From Candidatus Omnitrophota bacterium (GTDB lineage Bacteria; Omnitrophota; Gorgyraeia; Zapsychrales; Zapsychraceae), in assembly GCA_050250375.1 (NCBI GenBank), contig JBFWOS010000002.1:773149-837148 (forward strand): a DNA stretch of 64,000 nt, in the 5' to 3' direction. The notes under the pieces were generated by a model, which was not told where the DNA came from, did not search any database, and saw only the letters and a program-made list of their open reading frames with translations. Within the stretch, counting starts at the first letter, position 1. Every line of letters begins with the position of its first letter. The position numbers and the translations under genes are program-made. Shown in pieces: positions 36,372 through 45,845 of the stretch.

Positions 36372-38009
36372 CTAAATCTGCGGACCGGCGGATACAAGCG
36401 ACTTCCCTTTTTCTGTATCGGTAAATTTGGCAAAATTATTAATGAACATCTGTGCCAATTTTCGGGAGACTTTGTCGTATTCGTCTTTGTTTTCCCATGC
36501 CTCACGGGGATCCAATTTTGACTGCAAACCCGGAAGATTCTTCGGAATGCTCAAATTATGGACTGCCAGTGTTTGATACTCGGCCTTCTCCAGCGATCCG
36601 TTCAGAATCGCATCAATGGTAACTCGGTTGTCAATAATCGGGATCCGGTGACCGATACCATATTGCCCGCAGACCCACCCGGTATTAATCAGGTAGGCGT
36701 TCGATTTGTGTTCTTCCATCTTTTGGGCCAGGATTTCCGCATATTTCGTCGGATGGAGTAATAGGAAGGCTTTGCCGAAGCAGGCGGAAAAAGTAGCCTG
36801 CGGTTCTGTAACGCCGAGTTCTGTCCCGGCGACCTTGGCCGTGTAACCGCTGAGATAATGGTACATGGCCTGTTCTTTTGTCAATTTCGCGACCGGAGGA
36901 AGAACCCCAAACGCGTCGCAGGTTAAAAAGATGATATTTTTCGGATGCCCGCCTTTTGAAACGGGCTTGACAATATTTTGTATGTGATCAATCGGATACG
37001 AAACCCGGCTGTTCTCGGTTTTTCGGGATGACGTAAAATCAAGTTTTCCCTTGTTATCAATTTCAACATTTTCGAGAAGAGCGTCCCGTTTGATGGCGGC
37101 GTAAATTTCCGGTTCCTTCTGGACGGTAAGATTGATGCATTTGGCATAACAGCCGCCTTCAAAGTTAAAAACCCCTTCTTTGTCCCAGCCATGTTCATCA
37201 TCCCCGATCAGCTGACGTTTCGGATCGGTCGAAAGGCTCGTCTTTCCCGTTCCGGACAAGCCGAAGAACAGGGCGGTGTCCCCGGATTTCCCTTTATTAG
37301 CCGAACAATGAAAGGCCCCGATGCCTTTAAGCGGGAGGAAATAGTTCATGATGGAAAAAATCCCCTTTTTGATTTCTCCGCCGTACCAGGTCCCTCCGAT
37401 ACAGGTCATCCGTTCCTTGATATTAAAGGCCCCGAATACTTCTGAGCGCAGGCCGTATTTTTCAAAGTCTTTGCAGGAGGTCTTGCAGGCGTTGAGGATC
37501 GTCCAGTCCGGTTTAAAATCCAGAAGTTCTTTTTCGGTCGGGCGGATAAACATATTTTTAAAGAAATGCGCCATCCAGGCAATCTCGGTGACCAGCCGGA
37601 CGCTCATGCGTGTATCGGCGTTTGTCCCGCAGAACCCATCCATAACATATAATTTCTTTTCGCTTAACTGGCGGCAGGAGATTTCCTTAAGGTGCTTCCA
37701 GGCCTGCGGAGTAAGACGTTTATTATCCGACCCGGATGGTTCACCGGTCGCCCACCAGACCGTATTTTTCGTTGTTTCATCCTCAACAATATATTTATCT
37801 TTCGGTGAACGTCCGGTAAATTTTCCGGTGTCCACCGCGACAGCCCCAAGTTCAGAAACAATCCCTTTTTCAAATCCTTCCAGCGCAGGATTCGTCTCGT
37901 GTTTAAATAATTCGTCATAAGAGAGATTATAATAAATCTCCTCAGTGCTGTGTATCCCGATCGCTTCTAGATCCAAATTATGCTGATCCATTGATTTTTT
38001 CATATTCAT
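36372..38009 (-). CDS. pckA: Phosphoenolpyruvate carboxykinase (ATP)
   Basis: [12 protein letters not shown], the kinase-1a P-loop [12 protein letters not shown] and the length (~540 aa) all match ATP-dependent PEPCK. The start may be M1 or M3. Confidence 0.9.
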   Translation of the reverse strand: MNMKKSMDQHNLDLEAIGIHSTEEIYYNLSYDELFKHETNPALEGFEKGIVSELGAVAVDTGKFTGRSPKDKYIVEDETTKNTVWWATGEPSGSDNKRLTPQAWKHLKEISCRQLSEKKLYVMDGFCGTNADTRMSVRLVTEIAWMAHFFKNMFIRPTEKELLDFKPDWTILNACKTSCKDFEKYGLRSEVFGAFNIKERMTCIGGTWYGGEIKKGIFSIMNYFLPLKGIGAFHCSANKGKSGDTALFFGLSGTGKTSLSTDPKRQLIGDDEHGWDKEGVFNFEGGCYAKCINLTVQKEPEIYAAIKRDALLENVEIDNKGKLDFTSSRKTENSRVSYPIDHIQNIVKPVSKGGHPKNIIFLTCDAFGVLPPVAKLTKEQAMYHYLSGYTAKVAGTELGVTEPQATFSACFGKAFLLLHPTKYAEILAQKMEEHKSNAYLINTGWVCGQYGIGHRIPIIDNRVTIDAILNGSLEKAEYQTLAVHNLSIPKNLPGLQSKLDPREAWENKDEYDKVSRKLAQMFINNFAKFTDTEKGKSLVSAGPQI

Positions 38010-38194
38010 AGTCCTGACATTTAAATAAAGGTTAGTGAAATCACTATCGTGTGACTCAGGCTGCCGATTTGAAATCCATTATAATCTATTTTCTTGGTTC
38101 AAAAGGATTTATATAGAGATTTTCGGGTGAGGATCATGAAAATCCGATTGATTACATTTCCGGTCGGATCTATTTCTGACGACGACCAAGCAGA

Positions 38195-39535
38195 TTAGAG
38201 CGCGATGTCTTCCTGCCAGCCCAGATCATCTATTCCGTCCTTCTCCGCAAAAAATGCCAGTCCGATGGATAGCGGTCCGATACGCCCTAACATCATGAGA
38301 AAAATAATAATCATTTTCCCGGCAAATGTCAAGCTGCTGGTTATGCCCATACTCAACCCGACTGTCCCCAGGGCCGATGCCGATTCGAATATCAGTGCAA
38401 ACATCGATTGGTTTTCTACGAGGTTAAGCAGGTATATCCCGAACACAAGGATTACCGTGTAAAAAGTGAAACTGGCGCTGGCCAGCCTTAAGCGATATTG
38501 AGGGATTTGATATCCCATGAGGGTCACATTAACCTTGCCTCTCAATGTACTGACCATCTGGGCCAGGACAGCAACAATCGTGGTGGACTTGACCCCGCCG
38601 CCTGTACCGGCCGGTGACGCCCCGACAAAAATAAGGATTAATAATAGATACAGGGAACCGTGGGACATCAGTGAAATCGGGTATGTATTAAAGCCGACTG
38701 TGGTTAAAGCGCTCATGGCCTGAAATAAGGACACCCAGGCCCGTTCAGCCAGAGATATGTCCTCCGGAAATGAATTAGTCATAAAAAGCAAAAGCGTCCC
38801 CCCGGCGATCACCAGCGTGGTGAAATACAAAATTATTTTGGTCGTAAAAGTGACGGACTTCTGTTTTCCGGTCCACATCTGCCAAAAGTCCGTCACGACG
38901 ATAAACCCAACGGCCCCCAAAAAACACAGAACAAACATAACAATATTCAGCATCGGATGCCCGACAAATTGTTCAAGACTCGTATTAAATAGGCTGAACC
39001 CGGCTGTGCAAAATGCGGAAATGCTGTGAAAAATTGCGTTCCAAAGCGGGTTGGCCACCTTCAGACTGGAGAAAATAAAATAGAGAAAAACGGCCCCGAC
39101 CGCTTCAACAATTAGGGAGAAAACCAGAACCGAACGTAAAAACAGGTAAATATTAAAATCATCCGGAAGTCCGAAGTCGCTTTTAATCAGGTTTTCATGG
39201 TATTTGGTAAATTTCTTGCGCCTGGTTAGCATGATGAGGGAACCGAACGACATGTAGTGCAGTCCGCCGATCTGAATCATCAGTAAGACCAGCAGTTGTC
39301 CGCCAAAATTATAATTATCCGCAACACTGATGGTGGTCAACCCGGTTGTGGTCAGGGCAGATGTGGCCGTAAACAAATTGTCGATAAAAAGTATGGGCTG
39401 TTTTTGAAACCACGGACAACTGAGCAGTATAAATCCGGCCAAAACAATAAAACAGTAAACCCCCATCATCGCCTTGGAAGGATCCTTGATGATTAAGGGA
39501 ATACCGTAACGAAATTTTCGTAATGATATCTTCAT
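38195..39535 (-). CDS. TrkH/KtrB-family potassium uptake transporter
   Basis: Four MPM repeats carry Gly-containing selectivity sequences (TTTGLTT, GASPAGTGGGVKSTT and others). 446 aa, polytopic. Confidence 0.8.
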   Translation of the reverse strand: MKISLRKFRYGIPLIIKDPSKAMMGVYCFIVLAGFILLSCPWFQKQPILFIDNLFTATSALTTTGLTTISVADNYNFGGQLLVLLMIQIGGLHYMSFGSLIMLTRRKKFTKYHENLIKSDFGLPDDFNIYLFLRSVLVFSLIVEAVGAVFLYFIFSSLKVANPLWNAIFHSISAFCTAGFSLFNTSLEQFVGHPMLNIVMFVLCFLGAVGFIVVTDFWQMWTGKQKSVTFTTKIILYFTTLVIAGGTLLLFMTNSFPEDISLAERAWVSLFQAMSALTTVGFNTYPISLMSHGSLYLLLILIFVGASPAGTGGGVKSTTIVAVLAQMVSTLRGKVNVTLMGYQIPQYRLRLASASFTFYTVILVFGIYLLNLVENQSMFALIFESASALGTVGLSMGITSSLTFAGKMIIIFLMMLGRIGPLSIGLAFFAEKDGIDDLGWQEDIAL

Positions 39536-39583
39536 GCAGCACCTGTATTCCGTTCAAAAAAACGGGATATACTCAAATTCAAC

Positions 39584-39973
39584 TTAGTCATGTTTGTGTT
39601 TTTTATGGTTTCGGTCTTTTTTCCCGTGTTTATCTTTCCGGGCATTGTATTTTTCGAGTTGTTCGGGAGTCAAGACTGTTTTCAGTTTGTCCTGGTATTC
39701 TTTGCGGATCAGTTCCATCTTTTTTTCAGCTTCTTCATGGACGGCCTTTTTCTTATCCATTTTTTCCCGCATTAGCGCTTCCAATTGAAGCGCCTGCTGT
39801 TCCGTTAAAGCAAGGCTTTTTGTCATTTGTTTGACTTTTTTCGAGGTCTTGTCCGCCTTCTTTTCAGGCTGAACAGTTTTCCCTTCACTGCCGCCGCACA
39901 TGGGACAACCGGAAAACGCCGGACCGGCCGCTAACATAAGGATGATGGCGGTTAAAATGAATTTTTTATGCAT
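39584..39973 (-). CDS. Periplasmic Spy/CpxP-like protein (LTxxQ motif family)
   Basis: The start MHKKFILTAIILMLAAGPAFSG (ATG at 39973) is a signal peptide. It has two LTxxQ motifs (LTEQQALQLEAL, LTPEQLEKY) and a His/Lys-rich C-terminus. The ORF-track start at 40018 falls inside the terminator hairpin. Confidence 0.55.
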   Translation of the reverse strand: MHKKFILTAIILMLAAGPAFSGCPMCGGSEGKTVQPEKKADKTSKKVKQMTKSLALTEQQALQLEALMREKMDKKKAVHEEAEKKMELIRKEYQDKLKTVLTPEQLEKYNARKDKHGKKDRNHKKHKHD

Positions 39974-40004
39974 AAAAACGATCCTTTCATTAGAAAATAA
40001 AAAA

Positions 40005-40030
40005 GGGTATCTTTTCAATTAAAGATACCC
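40005..40030 (-). terminator. Intrinsic terminator (9-bp stem GGGTATCTT/AAGATACCC, 8-nt loop, then U run) downstream of the UppP-ApbE gene
   Basis: Read directly. On the minus strand the hairpin is followed by TTTTTTATTTTC (RC of 39992-40004). It sits between the UppP-ApbE stop (40132) and the Spy-like start (39973). Confidence 0.55.
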
Positions 40031-40131
40031 AATGTCATAAAAACTGAGTTATTTGAAATTATACCTATATCCTGATTCTATTGCAACCACTTATCCAGAA
40101 AATTTAAAACGAGACAAATCGGGCGATTTCC

Positions 40132-41880
40132 TTATAAAGACGGTTTGACGCTGAACCGGTCGTAATTCTGGCTTTTAACCTGCCTGGTTCCGCCATCGCT
40201 TTCCCGGACAATGACCAGGCTGGCATACCCTTCCCCTAACGCGTCGGTCAGGCTGGCGCCCTGGTCCGGTTCAAGAATACATAAAGCCGTTGACCAAAAG
40301 TCGGAAAATTCGGTATTGGGGCTGATCACCGTGGCGCTCAAAATCTGGTCTGACGGATACCCGGTGATCGGATTGATAATATGCGACCATTGTTTTCCCT
40401 GAATCGTATAAAACCGCTCATAGTTTCCGGATGTTGACACGGAAATATCGGCTGCTTCAACAACATCGATTAAACGGGTTGTGTCCTGCGGATCGCGGAC
40501 TCCGACATGCCAGGGCTGCCCCTTGCAGTTTATTCCTCCCGCATAAAGTTCACCCGAGGCGTCAACCAGGAAATTCCGGATGCCATATTCCCGCAAAATC
40601 CGGGCCGCTTCATCAGCCGCGAATCCGTCCCCGATACTATCGATATTCAGTTTTAGCCCTTCCTTAAGCAAATGAATCCGGTTCCCGGAAAGCAGCTGGA
40701 TCTGCTGTATCCCCAACTGTTCTTTGACGGCTTTTAGTTCCTCCGGAGTTGGAATCGTATTTTTCTTTTCGTTCTCTTTCCAAAGTTTGATCAACGGGTA
40801 AATCGTAATATCAAAAACGCCTTTGGATATCTCATGATATTCCATTGAATTTTTAATCAGCTGATAAGTATCTTCGCCCACCTTCACATTTTCGGTATAA
40901 CCATTCTTGTTAATTCTGTTGAGGTCGCTGTTCGGATCGTAGACACTCAGCCGCCAGTGAATATCCGCAAACCTGTCCCAGATCTCATCCAAGGCCTGTT
41001 CAACCGTTTCTTTCCGGTCTTCGTTCTCACAGACGTCAATCTTGACGTAAGCCCCGAAAAAATCTCCGACCCGGGTGAATTTGTTATAATCCGGTCCGTT
41101 CTCTTTGAGACAGCCGTTGGTTGAGAGGATAAGGGCAAACAGGAGAATACGGTAAATCCCGAAAGGGATAAAATTGAAGCGTTTGATAAACTGCAGCAGA
41201 AATTTAATACTGAATAAAGCAACGACAAACGAGACTAAAAATCCCAGGGCAAAATACCCAAACTGGTCCGGGTTTATATCCCCCGAACTTTTGAGCAAGT
41301 CATAGCAGGTCGCGGCCAAAATGGTCGGGACGGCTAGCAAAAATGAAAATTCAACCACGGTTTTACGCTTGATCCCCATGGTCAATCCACCGATGATGCT
41401 GGCGGCCGACCGGGAAACGCCCGGGATAATGGCAATGGTCTGGAAAAGACCGATAATAACCGCTGTCTTGTAAGGAATTTGTTCAATGTCTTCAATACGG
41501 GATTTTTTGTCTTTATGGAACAGATCAAAGATAATGATAACGAGACCCCCCCAGAAAAGGGACCAGGCGATCAGCATATGGCTTTCAAATAAATAATTTT
41601 TAACCAGTTTATACAGCAGAAAGCCGATGACTGCGGTCGGCACAAACGCCGCCATGATCCGGGTCCACACCTCTTTTTTCCGCAGTAGTGTCCGTCCGTA
41701 CAAAACAACCACCGCCAGAATCGCGCCGAGCTGGATGAAAATTTCAAAACTCTTCAAGAATCCGGTCTGGGTGTACCCAAGGTACTTTGCGGTGAGGATC
41801 AGATGTCCGGTGGACGAAACCGGTAAGAACTCGGTAATGCCTTCAACAATTCCTAAAATTATAATATCAATAATATTCAT
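40132..41880 (-). CDS. Fusion protein: N-terminal undecaprenyl-diphosphate phosphatase (UppP/BacA) with C-terminal ApbE/Ftp-family FAD:protein FMN transferase
   Basis: aa 1-265 match UppP (MNIIDIIILGIVEGITEFLPVSSTGHLIL, ...GVSRSAASIIGGL...). aa ~270-582 match ApbE (...SGNYERFYTIQGKQWSHIINPITGYP plus other ApbE family motifs). It is a single uninterrupted 582-aa ORF. Confidence 0.75.
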   Translation of the reverse strand: MNIIDIIILGIVEGITEFLPVSSTGHLILTAKYLGYTQTGFLKSFEIFIQLGAILAVVVLYGRTLLRKKEVWTRIMAAFVPTAVIGFLLYKLVKNYLFESHMLIAWSLFWGGLVIIIFDLFHKDKKSRIEDIEQIPYKTAVIIGLFQTIAIIPGVSRSAASIIGGLTMGIKRKTVVEFSFLLAVPTILAATCYDLLKSSGDINPDQFGYFALGFLVSFVVALFSIKFLLQFIKRFNFIPFGIYRILLFALILSTNGCLKENGPDYNKFTRVGDFFGAYVKIDVCENEDRKETVEQALDEIWDRFADIHWRLSVYDPNSDLNRINKNGYTENVKVGEDTYQLIKNSMEYHEISKGVFDITIYPLIKLWKENEKKNTIPTPEELKAVKEQLGIQQIQLLSGNRIHLLKEGLKLNIDSIGDGFAADEAARILREYGIRNFLVDASGELYAGGINCKGQPWHVGVRDPQDTTRLIDVVEAADISVSTSGNYERFYTIQGKQWSHIINPITGYPSDQILSATVISPNTEFSDFWSTALCILEPDQGASLTDALGEGYASLVIVRESDGGTRQVKSQNYDRFSVKPSL

Positions 41881-41952
41881 GGTTCATGATTTTAATAACA
41901 ATCGGGGCGGTTGTACACATATTTGTTGGGAAAAATGCGGCGATCGTGTGTT

Positions 41953-41992
41953 CATCCGGGTGAAAAGATTATTCGACCTCTCCACCCGGATG
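41953..41992. promoter_or_regulatory. 10-bp inverted repeat CATCCGGGTG-N20-CACCCGGATG between the glnK stop and the UppP-ApbE start
   Basis: Read directly. It begins 8 bp beyond the glnK stop and sits 60 bp upstream of the UppP-ApbE start. No U tract follows on either strand, so it is not a canonical intrinsic terminator. It may be a regulator site or an RNA stem. Confidence 0.3.
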
Positions 41993-41999
41993 TCTACAT

Positions 42000-42341
42000 T
42001 TATCCGATGGCTTTGGAGCCCTCTTCACTGGTCCGGATGCGGACACAGCGTTCAAGGTTGGTCACAAAAATCTTTCCGTCACCGATTTTTCCGCTGTAGG
42101 CCCCTTTGACGATCGCCTTGACGGTCCGGTCCACGAAGTCTTCATTCACTGCGATGTCGATCCGGATTTTACGCAACAGGTTCCCCGTTTCCTTGACCCC
42201 GCGATAGAATTCATCCACGCCTTTCTGTTTTCCATGGCCGATGCATTCACTCACGGTAATCAGATTCACTTCCTGTTCATAAAGTTCTTTTTTAACATCT
42301 TCCAATTTATGCGGCTGTATAATGGCGGTAATTAATTTCAT
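42000..42341 (-). CDS. glnK: Nitrogen regulatory protein P-II
   Basis: MKLITAIIQPHKLEDVKKEL...HGKQKGVDEFYRGV (the T-loop Tyr is present). 113 aa. It lies immediately downstream of an ammonium transporter gene. Confidence 0.9.
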   Translation of the reverse strand: MKLITAIIQPHKLEDVKKELYEQEVNLITVSECIGHGKQKGVDEFYRGVKETGNLLRKIRIDIAVNEDFVDRTVKAIVKGAYSGKIGDGKIFVTNLERCVRIRTSEEGSKAIG

Positions 42342-42359
42342 AGGTATAGGTCCTTTCCT

Positions 42360-43595
42360 TTAGTCTAAGATTGTGTAAGCGCGTTCATGGTGCTGGCTTA
42401 AATCAAGACCGATGGCCTCATCTTCTTGGCTAACCCTCAATCCGAAAATGGAATCAACGACTTTCATAATGACAAATGTCACGATAAAAGAATAAATTAT
42501 TGTGATCACGACTGCGATCAACTGTTTCATTAAGAGGGCGGGATTACCGTAGAAAAGACCATCTGCACCCGCAGAATTGACAGATGTCGTGGCAAATAGT
42601 CCGGTCATTAATGCACCCCAAATGCCACCGACGCCATGGACACCAAATGCATCAAGGGCATCATCATACCCGAATTTAGTTTTTACAAAACTGACGGCAA
42701 TAAAACACACTAGGCTGACGGATAATCCGATGAAAATGGCTCCGGTAACTGTGACAAAACCCGCTGCTGGCGTTATGGCGACCAGTCCAGCAACAGCCCC
42801 GGTAACGATACCGAGCGTTGTTGGCTTACCGCTTTTGATCCATTCAATCATTGCCCAGCTTAAACCTGCACTAGCTGCGGCAATATGGGTCGTGACAAAG
42901 GCGTTTGTCGCAACGGCTCCAGCCCCTAATGCACTTCCTGCATTAAATCCAAACCAACCGAACCATAATAACGCCGTTCCTAATACCGCGAACGGAATAT
43001 TGTGTAAAGCCATGGGTTTTTTCTCATATCCCGTTCTTTTACCAAGGACAATCGCCGATACCAACGCAGCAATACCTGCCGTAATATGGACAACGGTTCC
43101 GCCGGCATAATCCAGCGCACCCATATCCCGTATAAATCCCCCCACAGCCCACACCATATGGCAGACAGGGTCATAAACAAACGTAGCCCATAAAACAATA
43201 AAAACTAAAAATGATGCGAATTTCATCCTTTCAGCAAAAGCACCAATGATCAGTGCCGGAGTAATGATGGCAAACATCATCTGAAAGATCATAAATAATT
43301 GATGTGGAATAGTCGCCGCATAATCCGGATTCGGTTCAAGTCCGACTCCGTTTAAACCAAACCAGCTTAAATCCCCGATAAAAGGATTCCCGGGTTTAAA
43401 CGACAGGCTGTAACCGATAAGGACCCACTGCAGGGTAATCACGCACAGGGCAGCAAAACATTGCATCAGGATGCCCAGAATGTTTTTGCGTCTGACCAGC
43501 CCGCCGTAGAAAAAAGCCAGGCCGGGTGTCATCAGCATGACGAGAGCGGTGGATATCAAAACCCACGCGGTATCTCCACTATTGATCATGTCCAT
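42360..43595 (-). CDS. amtB: Ammonium transporter (Amt family)
   Basis: DTAWVLISTALVMLMTPGLAFFYGGLVRRKN is the Amt signature. 411 aa with 11 TM helices. It pairs with glnK. Confidence 0.9.
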   Translation of the reverse strand: MDMINSGDTAWVLISTALVMLMTPGLAFFYGGLVRRKNILGILMQCFAALCVITLQWVLIGYSLSFKPGNPFIGDLSWFGLNGVGLEPNPDYAATIPHQLFMIFQMMFAIITPALIIGAFAERMKFASFLVFIVLWATFVYDPVCHMVWAVGGFIRDMGALDYAGGTVVHITAGIAALVSAIVLGKRTGYEKKPMALHNIPFAVLGTALLWFGWFGFNAGSALGAGAVATNAFVTTHIAAASAGLSWAMIEWIKSGKPTTLGIVTGAVAGLVAITPAAGFVTVTGAIFIGLSVSLVCFIAVSFVKTKFGYDDALDAFGVHGVGGIWGALMTGLFATTSVNSAGADGLFYGNPALLMKQLIAVVITIIYSFIVTFVIMKVVDSIFGLRVSQEDEAIGLDLSQHHERAYTILD

Positions 43596-43731
43596 TTATC
43601 CCTCCTTGTAATAACTGATTCAATTGCATTTGATCACTGGATTGTACATATATTTTCATGGACCAGAAAATTATTCAACTGTTTTTATCTGCGGAAAAAA
43701 ACCTCCTTTGTTATGAATTCAATAGCAATCG

Positions 43732-44709
43732 TTACTGGTTATGCCGGATCAGATAGATGGTGTATCCAAGATACATTGAAAAAAACATCATCCCTTCCCA
43801 TCGGGAAATGCTGTATTTTGTCCGGAAAACCGGATAACAGAGTACGGCGATCAAGACCATAAACGGGATGTCCACCGCCATGGATGCCGGGTTGATTTGT
43901 AAGCCTCCCCGGGGGATAAGCGCCGTCACCCCCAGGATCGCCAGAATATTATAAATATTGCTTCCAACAACATTACCGATCGCGATATCCCGTTCTCCTT
44001 TAAGCGTGGCGACCACTGAAGTCGCGACTTCCGGCAATGATGTTCCGGCGGCCACAATCGTGAGTGCGATCACCAATTCACTGACACCGAAATACCGTGC
44101 GATACCGATCGATGAATTTACCAGCCATTTTGACCCCACAATTAACAGGAGCAATCCGGCACCGATAAAAAGCAGGTCCTGCAGAACATGGTTCGCCTTG
44201 TTTTTTTCTGAAAGACCTGCAAGAGAAATTCTTTCCGATTCATTTTTGATTTCTTGGTATTCTCTTTTGCTGTACCAAAAACAAAACCATGTATATAGGA
44301 TGACTCCCAGAAGAAAAATCACGCCTTCAAATCGGGATATTTTATAATCCAGGGCCGCCAGATAAAACAGACCTGAAACGGTCACCATGATCGGCGTATC
44401 CAGTTTGATCAATTTTTGATCCACTTTGAGCGGAGCGATGAGTGCGCATAAACCTAAAATAAAAAGCACGTTGAAAATATTACTGCCGACCACGTTACCG
44501 ATTGCGATATCGAATTTTTCAAGTAACGCCGAATTTATATTTACAACCAGTTCAGGCGCGCTTGTTCCGTACGCGACGATTGTTAACCCGATGGCCAGCT
44601 GGGATACCCCGATGGCGGCCGCCAGCCGTGAAGCCCCGCGGACCAGCCAATCAGCGCCGATGGTCAACACGGTCAAACCCAAACCCAAAAAGAGTAATTG
44701 GTTTAACAT
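43732..44709 (-). CDS. Ca2+/cation antiporter (CaCA family, YrbG-like), paralog 1
   Basis: Alpha-repeat motifs GTSAPELVVNINSAL and GTSLPEVATSVVA. The start is taken at MLNQLLFLGL (ATG at 44709), by analogy with its paralog's N-terminus. Confidence 0.75.
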   Translation of the reverse strand: MLNQLLFLGLGLTVLTIGADWLVRGASRLAAAIGVSQLAIGLTIVAYGTSAPELVVNINSALLEKFDIAIGNVVGSNIFNVLFILGLCALIAPLKVDQKLIKLDTPIMVTVSGLFYLAALDYKISRFEGVIFLLGVILYTWFCFWYSKREYQEIKNESERISLAGLSEKNKANHVLQDLLFIGAGLLLLIVGSKWLVNSSIGIARYFGVSELVIALTIVAAGTSLPEVATSVVATLKGERDIAIGNVVGSNIYNILAILGVTALIPRGGLQINPASMAVDIPFMVLIAVLCYPVFRTKYSISRWEGMMFFSMYLGYTIYLIRHNQ

Positions 44710-44714
44710 AGATA

Positions 44715-45695
44715 TTAATGAACCGATTGCCGTATTATGTAACAGGTATAGCCCAGATACAAAGAAAAAAACAAAAGCCCTTCCCATCGGGAAATAGCGG
44801 CTTTCCACCGGAAGACCGGATAACACAAAATGATAACAAAGAGCATAAACGGGATGTCCAGTTTCATGGAAGCCGGATTGATGAGAAGACCCTTGGACGG
44901 GATAAGGGCGGAAATCCCCAGGATGACCAGGATGTTTGAGATATTGCTGCCGATAATATTTCCGATCGCGATCTCCCTCTCTCCTTTGATCGTAGCGACA
45001 ACCGAAGTCGCCACCTCAGGCAAAGAAGTCCCGGCGGCCACGATGGTCAGGGCAATGACCAGTTCACTGACACCAAAATACCGGGCGATTTCAACCGAAG
45101 AACTGACAAGCCACTGGGCGCCGATCACCAGCAAAGCCAAACCGGCCAGAATAAAAAATATGTCGCGCAGAATGTTATCGGGTTTTCGTAATTCCCTGAT
45201 ATCTCCCCCGAATTCTTTATCAAATTCATTGACAATCTCCGGGGCCTCCGTCTGGCAGGTCCTGAAACAAATCCAGTTATAAAAAAGCATACCACAGAAA
45301 AATACAGCCCCTTCAATACGGCTGATTTTTAAATCCAGCGAGAACAGATAAAAAAGCACAGAAATGAAGATCATGAAAGGAACATCAAAACGGACGAGCT
45401 TTTGTTCGACTTTGATAGGAGCGATTATGGCGCACAGGCCCAAAATAAAAGCGATGTTGAAAATATTACTCCCGATAACATTCCCGGTTGCAATATCAAA
45501 TTTTCCAAGCAGGACGGAATTGATACTGACCATCAATTCCGGAGCACTGGTTCCGAAAGCAACGACAGTCAATCCGATGACAAGGGGCGATATGCCGAAG
45601 GCCCGGCCGAGTTTCGAGGCGCCGCGCACCAGCCAATCAGCGCCCCAAGCCAGACCAAATAATCCTAAAAACAAAAATACAAAATGATTAAGCAT
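44715..45695 (-). CDS. Ca2+/cation antiporter (CaCA family, YrbG-like), paralog 2
   Basis: Same architecture and motifs as paralog 1. The two gene ends are highly similar at the nucleotide level (compare 43732-43880 with 44740-44890), indicating a tandem duplication. Confidence 0.75.
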   Translation of the reverse strand: MLNHFVFLFLGLFGLAWGADWLVRGASKLGRAFGISPLVIGLTVVAFGTSAPELMVSINSVLLGKFDIATGNVIGSNIFNIAFILGLCAIIAPIKVEQKLVRFDVPFMIFISVLFYLFSLDLKISRIEGAVFFCGMLFYNWICFRTCQTEAPEIVNEFDKEFGGDIRELRKPDNILRDIFFILAGLALLVIGAQWLVSSSVEIARYFGVSELVIALTIVAAGTSLPEVATSVVATIKGEREIAIGNIIGSNISNILVILGISALIPSKGLLINPASMKLDIPFMLFVIILCYPVFRWKAAISRWEGLLFFSLYLGYTCYIIRQSVH

Positions 45696-45845
45696 AGATC
45701 ACAAATAACCGATCGCGGTTCAAAAAAAAGTCCGGCAATTAGTTTAGGCCGGAATCAAAACTCCAGGAATTTTCTTCTCAGTTATTTTATATGGCTTCAA
45801 TATATAGATAGACGTTCCTTTTGTCAAGATACGAATGCGGTTCAT

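Noticed and set aside
37348-37920. Plus-strand 190-aa ORF inside pckA, plus similar antisense ORFs inside GH15 (7487..7957, 8147..8587), otsA (10342..10653) and other genes
   Set aside because: All are embedded antisense in genes with strong homology-based identification. None has an RBS or a recognisable domain.
43596-43731. Looked for a sigma54 (TGGCAC-N5-TTGCW) promoter upstream of amtB–glnK
   Set aside because: Only partial matches (TGGACC, TTGCA) at incorrect spacing were found. I cannot support a sigma54 promoter call by eye.
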